Program-made: the position numbers and the translations under genes
Part shown: positions 28,794-38,562 of the stretch, piece by piece
Numbering within the stretch: the first letter of the stretch is position 1
Layout: every line of letters begins with the position of its first letter
The notes under the pieces: model-generated
Told to the model about the DNA's origin: nothing
The model's database searches: none
Seen by the model: only the letters and a program-made list of their open reading frames with translations
Assembly (NCBI RefSeq): GCF_963676685.1
Contig: NC_092352.1
Coordinates: 19,468,001-19,532,000, forward strand
From: Mytilus edulis
Lineage: Eukaryota
DNA: 64,000 nucleotides
Direction: 5' to 3'

Positions 28794-28949
28794 CAGTGGC
28801 GGATCCAGGGGGGGGGGGGGGTTCCGGGGGTTGGAACCCCCCCTTTTTTTTGCCGATCAATGCATTTGAATGGGAGCATATAGTTGGAACCCCCCTTTTT
28901 ACTCTGGGTTGGGAACCCCCCATTTTTAAAATGGCTGGATCCGCCACTG
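28794..28949. mobile_element. 156-bp MITE nested in the 28421-31234 element
   Basis: TIR cagtggcggatccag / ctggatccgccactg; tgaac is duplicated on both flanks. Confidence 0.85.
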
Positions 28950-29639
28950 TGAACAATGAACAATTTAAACAATGGAAATATAAAATTGATAAAAACGGTT
29001 TCAAAAAGTGTAATATTAAAGTAATGTTCATTTCATCCAAGAATGGTCGCATATTTCATGTGGATTCTGTTTAATTGTCATGCATGACACCAACTTGTCA
29101 TCTACATTGGTAACCAGTATATAAATCAGAGATAAACTTCGTAATGTAACTAAACATCAGTAAGTAAAATATATTGGGATGCTAAAATATAAAGAATAGA
29201 GAAAGAATAATGAGTAAGATAAATAAAAGGTAAAAGGAAAAAACGTCACGGAAGAAACGTGACATAACAATTTAAAGAATACAGAAATACACAACACCCC
29301 CAATCCGAACCCTCATGGTATACACGATAATCTGGATGGAGTAGCAGAATATAGAATAATAGATAAGGACAGTAGAGAGTGATGCATTGCTAAAAAAGAG
29401 AGAAAAAGTAATAATTGTTTAAGAATACACACATGAAACACCCCTGGGTGTTGAAACAGTAACGGATTGCGATGTACTCATATTGGTGACAAATACTAGA
29501 AGTTCACATGCGGACAACTGCCGTTCTCCTCTACACTTATGAAGAAAGGAACTAAACGGAATAAAATGTATTAAAACTTAAGATGACCAAATGTAGCTGC
29601 ATTCGCTCCTTTCCATTTACTTCTTGAGAATGACTAACA

Positions 29640-30098
29640 TTGCTTAGGTAAAATTTTAAAATCGTTTGTATGCACATTGAACGACAAATTTATGTGACGC
29701 ATAAAATTTTCTGATGTCAGACACTGAACTCAATGAATGTGTTCGTAGATAGTAGATGTTTTTGTGTTCTGTTTTAAAATTGTTCCTTTTAAAATTGTTA
29801 TACGATGATGACTGATGTACCCATATTTTGACTATTTTATTTATTGTGTCTGTTTATTTAACGCCATCAATGTAAATATAACAGAATTTTATGAGACTGT
29901 CATTAAAGTGAGAGGGTGAGCGCTATAGAACCAGGTTTAATCCACCATTTTCTACATTTGACTGTTCCAAATCAGGAATATGACAGTTCTTGTCCATTCG
30001 TTTTTGATACGTTTTGTTATTTGATTTTGCCATGTGATTATGGACTTTCCGAATTGATTTTCCTCTAAGTTCAGTATTTTTGTGATTTTACTTTTTTT
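29640..30098 (+). mobile_element. High-copy SINE-like repeat, family B, with twister-like core
   Basis: Shares aatccaccattttc, tatgacagtt and cagtatttttgtgattttactttt with the copies at 46283, 47940 and 49870. Confidence 0.8.
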
Positions 30099-31419
30099 TG
30101 TAAACAACATATGATTAAGTAATAGAAATAAAGAAGCAATTGGAGGATGCTTACGAATTAGGGTTTTTCGTCCAGTGACAAATATCATGTGCATATGAGA
30201 ATGACAACACGTTATATGCACTGGACAGATGTACAGTTTATATTTATTTTACCGGTACCCTGTGTTGTATTAGAAAGACACTTTCAGTCGGATTTGATAA
30301 CGTGCTACTTTGAACAGACACAAAAATTGAGGCTGATTGAAAACATTAATAATAAATTCATGCATATTCCAGCGGCCAATTTATATCACGCTATATTGAA
30401 GTGACACCCTTCAATAAAATGCAAAGAAAGTCAAAATAAAAATGCTCTTACTAGTAAATCACAACCGAAATGAATGACAGACGGACATTTTTTACAAAAC
30501 TTAATGAACAATTGCAATCAAGATATTTGAGGTTTGCGTTATAACGCAAATATATGAAGAAAAATTAAAAAAAAAATGTGTGGCGCTAATTCGCTTCCGT
30601 AGGATACTGTTGCACCGTATTATCATTTTTTTTTATTTATACTTAGGAACATCTCATTCTTAACTTTTTCTATGGGAAAATATAAAGGTAGCGAAAATAA
30701 CTGTGGCTAAATAACTCTTAACTGACACAATTTCAATTGTCCAACCCATTAACAGACTTTATTCCCATAATTTTCACTAAAACGTGGTAATATTCACGTT
30801 ATATTACAATTATGAAATATTTACCAATGCAAATTTATTTTTTGGACCCAAAGTACTATTTTGTGTCCTTTAAATGATATCTAAAATTGTTTGTTTAGAC
30901 TTTTATTAAAAAATTCCTATGCGTATAAGCATAAATACTACATACTTGCGCGACGCCTTTTAATTTTACTGAAAACTGCGTAGACTATGAAATGTTTTTA
31001 CAAGTGGAAAATGTTCTATGATAGATATCATTTTGTCAGACACTTTTCTTTTTTTGATTTGGTTCTTATAATATGCCAAAAAATCTGTATATTTGATACA
31101 GTTTAACATTAAATTGTGCGTTTTACTCTTAACAGACGTATAACCAACCCGATTAACAGACCAATCTCCCATATAGCCGCATACTCAATATAGATTAACC
31201 GACCAATCTCTCGGTTAGCCGAGTGTCGGCCGTGAACTTATGAATTTTGTAAAATTGTGATCCTGTGGGATAGTCATTGAAATAATAATAAAAAAAAGTT
31301 ATTTATTTTCCTCAATGATTATAGTCATACTTTATACCACCTTTACAATTCTTAGATTATACCATTTACAACTTCTTATAGTACTTTTTTCTATTTATGT
31401 TTGTACATCTGAAATATCA

Positions 31420-31446
31420 TACACACACACACACACACACACACAC
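31420..31446. repeat. (CA)n microsatellite
   Basis: About 13 CA units. Confidence 0.9.
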
Positions 31447-31860
31447 GTGAAAACATGGAAAAAAAATATACAACAAACAAAAGCAAAAGCAAAGGCAATG
31501 GAACACACATATAACAAACAAAAGCAAACCGGCTAATCCGTATGAAATATTAATTTCTGGCGAAACTGAGAAATTAATTCTAAATTAATCAAGGAAAGGG
31601 CTTTCTATACAAATGATAGTCAGATTACCACTAAACCATCGTTGAACAATATCGGATCAAAATTGAGCAAAAGATGTATGAACCCCTTTAAAACAAAACA
31701 AGTGGTAACTCAAGTATTTCGGACGGGTAAGTCTTTCCTGCATCAACTTTCTAGTTCCGCAATGCAATTCACACTAATGATAAATAACATTGATAAAATT
31801 GAGAATGGAATTGTATCAAAATATAGGATAGTACATTTGAGATGACCACCAGGAGGATAA

Positions 31861-32143
31861 GGGAGCTACCATTTGATTTTTATGGGGGGGCTAGGATGAA
31901 ATTTGAAAAAAATAGGCAGGACAGGAGTTTTGAGTAAAAAAAAAGGCAGGATGAGACACCTGCAAAAAAAAAAAAGTCAGGATGACAATTTATGTAAAAA
32001 AAGTCAGGATAAACTAAAAAAAAAAGAAAAGCAGGACCGAATAGAGTGAAAAATAAAAAGGCAGGACAGAGATTACAACTAAAAAAAAATGCAGGACAAA
32101 ATTTTTCATCCTAGCCCCCCATAAAAATCAAATGGTAGCTCCC
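31861..32143. mobile_element. Tourist/Harbinger-type MITE, TAA TSD (copy 1)
   Basis: TIR gggagctaccatttgatttttatgggggg-ctaggatgaaa; taa on both flanks; internal gcaggac sub-repeats. Confidence 0.9.
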
Positions 32144-32504
32144 TAACTCGCCATCAAGAAAGCAAATGACGTAGTGATAAACAACTAAATGTAACCGTAC
32201 GGCCTTCATCAATACGCAAAACTCGAACCATATAAAACATGCTAGAAATGGCCCCGAAATGACACATATAAAACAATTCAAACGAGAAAGACTATTTTAT
32301 TGCTAACGAAATATGAATGTGGCAATCTGTGTTGCAGTTCACAAGTGTGTAAAAGATATTTGATGATGGTCAACCAAATCGTAACGGCGTCTGTAAAGAG
32401 TTGGGAGACCATCAAGAAACATTGGCTAAATATGTTCAATAACAAGATGCAAGTTCCGGATTATTATATATCCTGATAAGGACTTATACTGTATGTTCTC
32501 TTAA

Positions 32505-33508
32505 AGTCATATGAAACCAGTGAGTGGTGAAAAATAATGTTTATCCAATTCTTGAACCAATGCATGTATATATCATAAACTTAGAACTCTGTGCACGATT
32601 TTGTCATTTTTTACGCAAATATATCGTATAATCGTCAGTTTTTTTTCTCTCTGTCTGTTATGATTTAACAAATAGAATGAAATTCAAAACAGTGTGGCTG
32701 TGGCCATTGATTGACACATTAAATTCATCCATTGACTGGGACAATTTAGGTGAACGTTTGTATGTAACGACCACTTCTCACTATGTACTTTTTAAAGACA
32801 CTTAAACTATGGGGTCACCAAAGGTTCTCAACACCTTAATAAAGTAATTCGAAAAATTAATCAGAAATAACACGATGTTTTGATTTATATCAATTATATA
32901 AATCAAAACATAAAGGTTATTCCTGATTAATTTTTCGAATTATTTTATAATTAAAGGCGTTAAGAAACTTTTGGTGACCCCACAGTTTAAATGTCTATCG
33001 TAGGTACGTCGTGAACAGTGGTCGTTACAGACGAACGTTCACGTAAATTGTCCCAGTCAATGGATGAATTTAATGTGTCAATCAATGGCCACAGCCACAC
33101 TGTTTTGAATTTCATTCTATGACTGCTCATTAAATGCCGTGTTTTAAAGCCGAAGTTAACCGATTGTCACCTTTATAGTAAATAAATAACAAAAAGCATG
33201 GGTATTGAGCACGTGTTTAACATGTACAATCAGATAATTGTTTATTTTAATGACAGATCCATGCGTATTGCGATCGCCGGATTTTTACGAGGAGGGTTAC
33301 GCTCAGGACACTATGCATACGGAAAATATGTCGACGAATTGCTTCCTGGAAGCAAGCAATTAAAAACAAATAAACTTCTAAATGTGGACAAATTAAAGAA
33401 TTTTCCTCAGAAAAAAGTATATGTACATAAGTTGTATAATGAAAACTATTCATTTAGTTATAAAAACATATGCATGATTTTTTTTTTAATTTGAGGTTTC
33501 TTATGACT
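32505..33508. mobile_element. TTAA-flanked non-autonomous element (Kolobok-like) hosting the palindromic MITE
   Basis: ttaa|agtcatatgaaacc ... ggtttcttatgact|ttaa, a 13/14 inverted match. Confidence 0.7.
32673..33119. mobile_element. 447-bp palindromic MITE (copy 2, inverted relative to copy 1)
   Basis: Same length and near-identical to the reverse complement of 24087-24533. Confidence 0.92.
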
Positions 33509-36225
33509 TTAACAGATATTTTGTACGGTAGATAGTTTCTTAGTGACTGCGGCTCGGTTTCAATTCTTGAAAAAAATAGAAATTAATAATTCGGAAACAT
33601 TTTTAGGAACATTTGGAAGATCCACCAATATACCACAGTGTGTTAATCATCTTTTTTAATACGGGTATACAATAAACAAAATAAATGTATAATTGAAATT
33701 CAAAGGAACATTAAAAGATACCATGATTGTTCATGATTTTCTTTATAGTAAATTTATATGGAGTATTTCATACATACTACAAAAGGATAGAAGGAACTAT
33801 TTAAGAAAAACCTAAGCGTCACAACAATCAACAGCAAACGACATCAACCATCAACATCCTGCACATCACAAAATAAAACAAGCACACAAACAAACAAACA
33901 AATACACAAATACACGAACAAACACACACACAAACAAACATTTTCAAACAAACAAACAAAGAAGTCAATGATCCTGATAGTATTTGTTTGGTTTCCAAAA
34001 TAAATTTTCAATACCTGATTCCCTTATTAATTCCTTTTTGGTTTTAACCCTTACCATGATGTGACCGTCATATGACGGGAGTACCGAAACCACCGTTATA
34101 TGGCTCCAATAGCGTTCCATACCTTTAGGAGTCACTTTTATGATACTCATTTCGAAAGTTATGCATGTTCCGTCAACCTGAGGCTATCTATTGTCATGTT
34201 TCTCGGGTATAAATTGCATTTTGAGCACAAATACGGACTTAGAGAATTGAAATCGGACGAAACTCGGTGTTCTGGAGGGGTTGGCTTCCCTTCTGTGTCT
34301 TACACAGCAAGTTCAGAGACCTAAAACTTGCTAAAATAGTGCAAACCCGCAGGCATATAACTACTGATCGTAATTATTATTAAAATACGCATAGGAAACG
34401 ACTACTTTCGGTTTCGAGTCCATTTGAAGTAAAAATTCGTGAAATTCCGTATTTTTAGTCCAAATGACCTTCTTTACACTGCTAAACCAAGATCTGTTGC
34501 AATCAATTTGTTAACTTGGGTCCACTCTACATACAGGCTACAGTTTGATACCTTTACCAGCATCCCTGGGTCTTCGGGGTCACGATAAAGGACGAAAAAT
34601 CGTCAAAATTGACGCTTTTTGCACCTGATGACCAACTTTGGGGCATATTATTGCAAATAAACGGAAATTAGACTTTTTCTGAAAAAAACAATTCAACATG
34701 GTAAGTGTTAATATACATGAACAGCAGTATATTTGTCATAAAGGTAGGACAGTTGTTTATGATAATTTTAGGTCTTTGAAGATCAATTTAACGCAAATGT
34801 TCCTAGCCTGTCTAAGTTATGTTGTCAATTCTGAATTGTATGGTTTTGCGTTTTATTCATTGTCTGTCATACAGTGTTATACTTTATGTGTATGGATAGA
34901 AACTAAACAGTAAACGGATACGTATTAATACTGTGGCCTGGTATCAGTTCATATTAGTATACCGCGTGGTTCTGGCCTACAACTGAGACACCTTTTATTA
35001 AAATTTAAACTAATACTATACGTAAAACTATATATATGTGGTGGTGTTTAACGACCTTGACTGGCCTTTCAGCCCTCGCACGGTCGGCTCGGTGCCCGAA
35101 GGCGTTTGGTGAGCTTTAAATATTCTGGAGCCATGGGTCAGGAACAAATAGTGGAGGTCGCAATATGGAGGCCGCCATCTTGGTTTTGGTGAGTTGTTTT
35201 TGGTTTTTGACTATTTTGTTGTTTATTCTTCACTAACGGCTGCTTTCAGGGCCAGTTTGGTCAGCTTGGCAGCCCGCTAGCCTCGATGATGGAGTACTGG
35301 TAGATGATCTCGGACGTAGTTCGAAAGATGACAGGAAGCATTATCAGGACCAAAGCCGTGAGGCAGTGAAATGAAGGTCGTATCACCCAACAGCCTAGGA
35401 TACAGCCCTCGGACGTTAATCGGCATAACACTCCCCATAATACAATGGTTTTGGAGTGCATGTTAACGCGGGTACGCCAACCGCTACGTCTATCTGTACG
35501 GCATGGATCGGTTTCTGTCATCTTAAGTAGTAAGTCGTTGATATCTAACTGTAAACCCTCATCGAAGATAGCGGGTAAAGGAGAGCTGGCCCAGCACGTC
35601 CGTTCAGCTGTAATGAATGAGACGTGAATGAAAATGATACGTAAAACTAAAAGTTTGAACATGATTTTATACAAACGGTAATCGAGATACTTTAACAAAA
35701 TTTATTTTGTTCTCAATTTCATTTTATTAAATCAATTTACATTTTTTTTTTCATTATGTGCTGAGATTTCAAATATGATAAAAGTTTATGATTGTAACTT
35801 AAATGAAGGCCATGTATCTATTAAGGATGTGAAAGTCATCTTATAAATATATGTATATTATATTTGTCAGTGTTGCAATAAAAACTTGATAAGCAAGACC
35901 TGTATTGGTGTTATGTTTGGACTTGTACCTTTTTTTTTTTTTTATTATCTATAACACTGTAATGAAACAGTTAGTACTTTGTCCTTTTATATGATTTTTT
36001 ATTACATGGTTTTAATGTGAAATTCGAATTACAAAAATCTAGTTTAACCCTGTACAACTGTTTATGCACATGTCCAGAGTCAGGTACCTTGTTAGCGGGG
36101 AACGACTATATAATTTCAAAAGGGGGGTATGTGTTTTTCCTAAATAAATATTATGATCCTCGTTGTTGATGAAAAAAATATTGTGGTCCAGCAGATGGCA
36201 AAAGAAAAATCTGACTCTAAATTTT

Positions 36226-36585
36226 TATAACCGGGCGTTTTCCGTGTTATAGTGATGCAAAGACGGAATACCAATACTTTAAACTTTATTAGCAAGGTCC
36301 GGACAGTACCAGACCTAAGACCTAAACTGACTACAAAATGACATACACAAGCATATATAAAAAACAGTATCTATAGAAAAGGATTAGTGTCCAACGGATT
36401 AACTTGTCATGGTCAGAGTGATTTCCATCAAGACAAACATATATTTAACAATAGAATTAATTAAACACAAAGAAATATAAAAGGTTAGATAGACGGATTA
36501 ACAAATTGTCACTTTAGCACTTAAAATATAATGTCTGATCTTAATTTATTTGTAATCGCAAATAGTCCAAATCTTCCTGGTTATA
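36226..36585 (-). repeat. 3' LTR
   Basis: Inverted termini tataacc...ggttata; aataaa on the minus strand near 36285-90. Confidence 0.93.
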
Positions 36586-36637
36586 TTCGCCACTACTCCA
36601 CCTAAACTCGGTCTCCGAGTTTGCCGAATGAATTTTG

Positions 36638-37546
36638 TTATCGTCGTGGGTATCCTCCTCCTCGCCGATGACGTTGCTGCGAATTGCCACGCGAGCAAAT
36701 TGCATAGGTCGAAAGCGCACCTCGGTTTGAATGTTTTATATCTAGATGTTGAATCTCGTGTCTACTGTTTACGTTCTCTGCCTTAAGTCTCTGAATTTCG
36801 TCTTCCATATCATTTAAGATGCGATTGTACTGCAAGTCAGTATTTTTAAACTCCATTGTTAAGCGTTGTCTAGAGTTCGTTAAATTTAGGTTTTCCTCTT
36901 TCAGTTGAACTATTACTCTTTCCAAATGCTCAGTTCTACTTCTATGTTCGGCTAACTCATGTTCTATCTTTTGAATTATCCGGCCATGTTCTAAACGTTC
37001 CAAATTTACTTTGTCCAAACTGTTCTTTAAAATAACATTTTCTTTTCTTACGGTATCCAATTTTGAATTTTCACTTTTGAGTACAGCTATTTCTTTCAAC
37101 GAGTTACTGTGAGAAACTTTTAACTTCTTTAGGTTCTGTTTAGCGGATTCGTCTTGTATGGAGCACGTAAAAACGGAGAGTTCCTTGTCCACGAGTCCTT
37201 GAAACGGAAATTGAGACATTTGCTTCTTCTCAATAAACGTTCTCATACGGTCACTGTCTCTCTGAATTTTGGATTTCGACTTTGATTTCTTCTTCGGTTT
37301 TGGGTTTTCATATGACTTCACGTGAAAACTACACATACGGGCAAAATGTCCATGATGCCTGCACTTATAACAATGAGCGTTAGCTGCATAACATCGATGG
37401 TAGGTGAAAACGTTCAATGTCTTACCGCAATATTTACACAGAAAGTCCAAACAGGTATCTTCTTTTCTTATCGGAAACGGCTGTCCATTTCTGCAAGGCT
37501 GGTAATTCCAGGTTCCTTCCATAGTGTTGTTTCTGAAGGTATCCAT
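36638..37546 (-). CDS. 302-aa LTR-element protein: Gypsy/Mag-like zinc knuckles, basic segment and long coiled coil
   Basis: CKYCG...HRCYA...CYKCRHHGHFARMC (CX2CX4HX4C), then KPKKKSKSKSK, then heptad-rich residues about 135-270 and an RG-rich tail. The intact ORF fills 909 of the 1015 internal bp. Confidence 0.85.
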   Translation of the reverse strand: MDTFRNNTMEGTWNYQPCRNGQPFPIRKEDTCLDFLCKYCGKTLNVFTYHRCYAANAHCYKCRHHGHFARMCSFHVKSYENPKPKKKSKSKSKIQRDSDRMRTFIEKKQMSQFPFQGLVDKELSVFTCSIQDESAKQNLKKLKVSHSNSLKEIAVLKSENSKLDTVRKENVILKNSLDKVNLERLEHGRIIQKIEHELAEHRSRTEHLERVIVQLKEENLNLTNSRQRLTMEFKNTDLQYNRILNDMEDEIQRLKAENVNSRHEIQHLDIKHSNRGALSTYAICSRGNSQQRHRRGGGYPRR

Positions 37547-37584
37547 TTACTAGTTTGGGGGAACTAGCTCAAGATCGTGCCGCG

Positions 37585-37598
37585 GGTACCTCCACCAA
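37585..37598 (-). promoter_or_regulatory. Primer-binding site, tRNA-Ala-like
   Basis: The minus strand reads TGGTGGAGGTAC just inside the 5' LTR. This is complementary to the 3' end ...GUACCUCCACCA of eukaryotic tRNA-Ala. Confidence 0.75.
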
Positions 37599-37600
37599 TA

Positions 37601-37960
37601 TATAACCGGGCGTTTTCCGTGTTATAGTGATGCAAAGACGGAATACCAATACTTTAAACTTTATTAGCAAGGTCCGGACAGTACCAGACCTAAGACCTAA
37701 ACTGACTACAAAATGACATACACAAGCATATATAAAAAACAGTATCTATAGAAAAGGATTAGTGTCCAACGGATTAACTTGTCATGGTCAGAGTGATTTC
37801 CATCAAGACAAACATATATTTAACAATAGAATTAATTAAACACAAAGAAATATAAAAGGTTAGATAGACGGATTAACAAATTGTCACTTTAGCACTTAAA
37901 ATATAATGTCTGATCTTAATTTATTTGTAATCGCAAATAGTCCAAATCTTCCTGGTTATA
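37601..37960 (-). repeat. 5' LTR
   Basis: Identical by eye to 36226-36585. Confidence 0.93.
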
Positions 37961-38140
37961 TTTTCACCATACCTCATAGTGTTAAATTTTGAAAAGAAAA
38001 TAGCCTTATTGATAACGTCGAAAAACAAATTAAAATGCTCGTGTTATGCGCAAAAACAAATGCTGACTCAGACCAAAAAAACATACCACTCTAGAAGTTA
38101 ATTGGTTCCCTTTTCATGCTTATAAATCTTTTGTCATATT

Positions 38141-38562
38141 GGTCCGAGACCACAACAAATATAGTCCCTAGTGTTGACAGTGGGTTACTTGCCATTAATT
38201 TTTATACCCCTTCCAAATTTATTTCTCCATGTTTAATGCCTCATATTGCAAGTAGGGGGTGAAATTACACTGTAAAAAAATTTGGGTCCAGAATTTTAAA
38301 GGAAAGTAGTGATTTGGTCCAGGTGAAAAAGGTTGAAAAATAGCACTTCGGAAGCTGTCAAAAGATTTCAAGACGCCCCAAAGATAAAATTGTCCATATT
38401 TTGAGTTAGAGGCGATGAAGTTTTCTATAATTTTGATATAATTTGTCCCAAAAGTAGTACAACACACTGTAAAAGTTTCTTTTAGAAAGCGCAGGTGGGA
38501 TTTTTTTATTTTCATTTATGTTCTAAAAGAAATGCACTACGAAATAATTGTGGTCTCGGACC
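38141..38562. mobile_element. MITE with 15-bp perfect TIR and apparent 5-bp TSD
   Basis: ggtccgagaccacaa / ttgtggtctcggacc; atatt on both flanks. Confidence 0.85.

Larger units (their letters stand above)
28421..31234. mobile_element. Non-autonomous DNA transposon with about 90-bp TIRs, CAC...GTG termini and 5-bp TSD (Transib/CMC-like)
   Basis: TIR cacggccgacactcggctaaccgagag...aatcgggttgg is mirrored at 31143-31234. aactt lies on both sides (28416-20 and 31235-39). No transposase ORF seen. Confidence 0.85.
36226..37960 (-). mobile_element. Short non-autonomous LTR retrotransposon (1735 bp) with a single ORF
   Basis: Two 360-bp direct repeats, identical by eye. tttt TSD at 36222-25 and 37961-64. 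PBS next to the upstream LTR and a purine-rich tract next to the downstream LTR on the minus strand. Confidence 0.93.

Noticed and set aside
28717-29074. Three overlapping Gly/Pro-rich ORFs
   Set aside because: They arise from the G/C runs of the 156-bp MITE.
25671-35087. Inverted 44-bp motifs as TIRs of one element capturing TMEM26 exons
   Set aside because: The apparent termini face inward, there is no TSD, and each copy continues outward into different sequence, which fits independent insertions.
35053-35115. HDV-like ribozyme or group II intron domain V
   Set aside because: A P1-like pairing exists, but no P3/L3/P2 pseudoknot or domain V geometry could be built.
35261-35698. 145-aa minus-strand ORF as a gene
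   Set aside because: No recognisable domain and a non-ATG start; probably a chance ORF in a GC-richer island.
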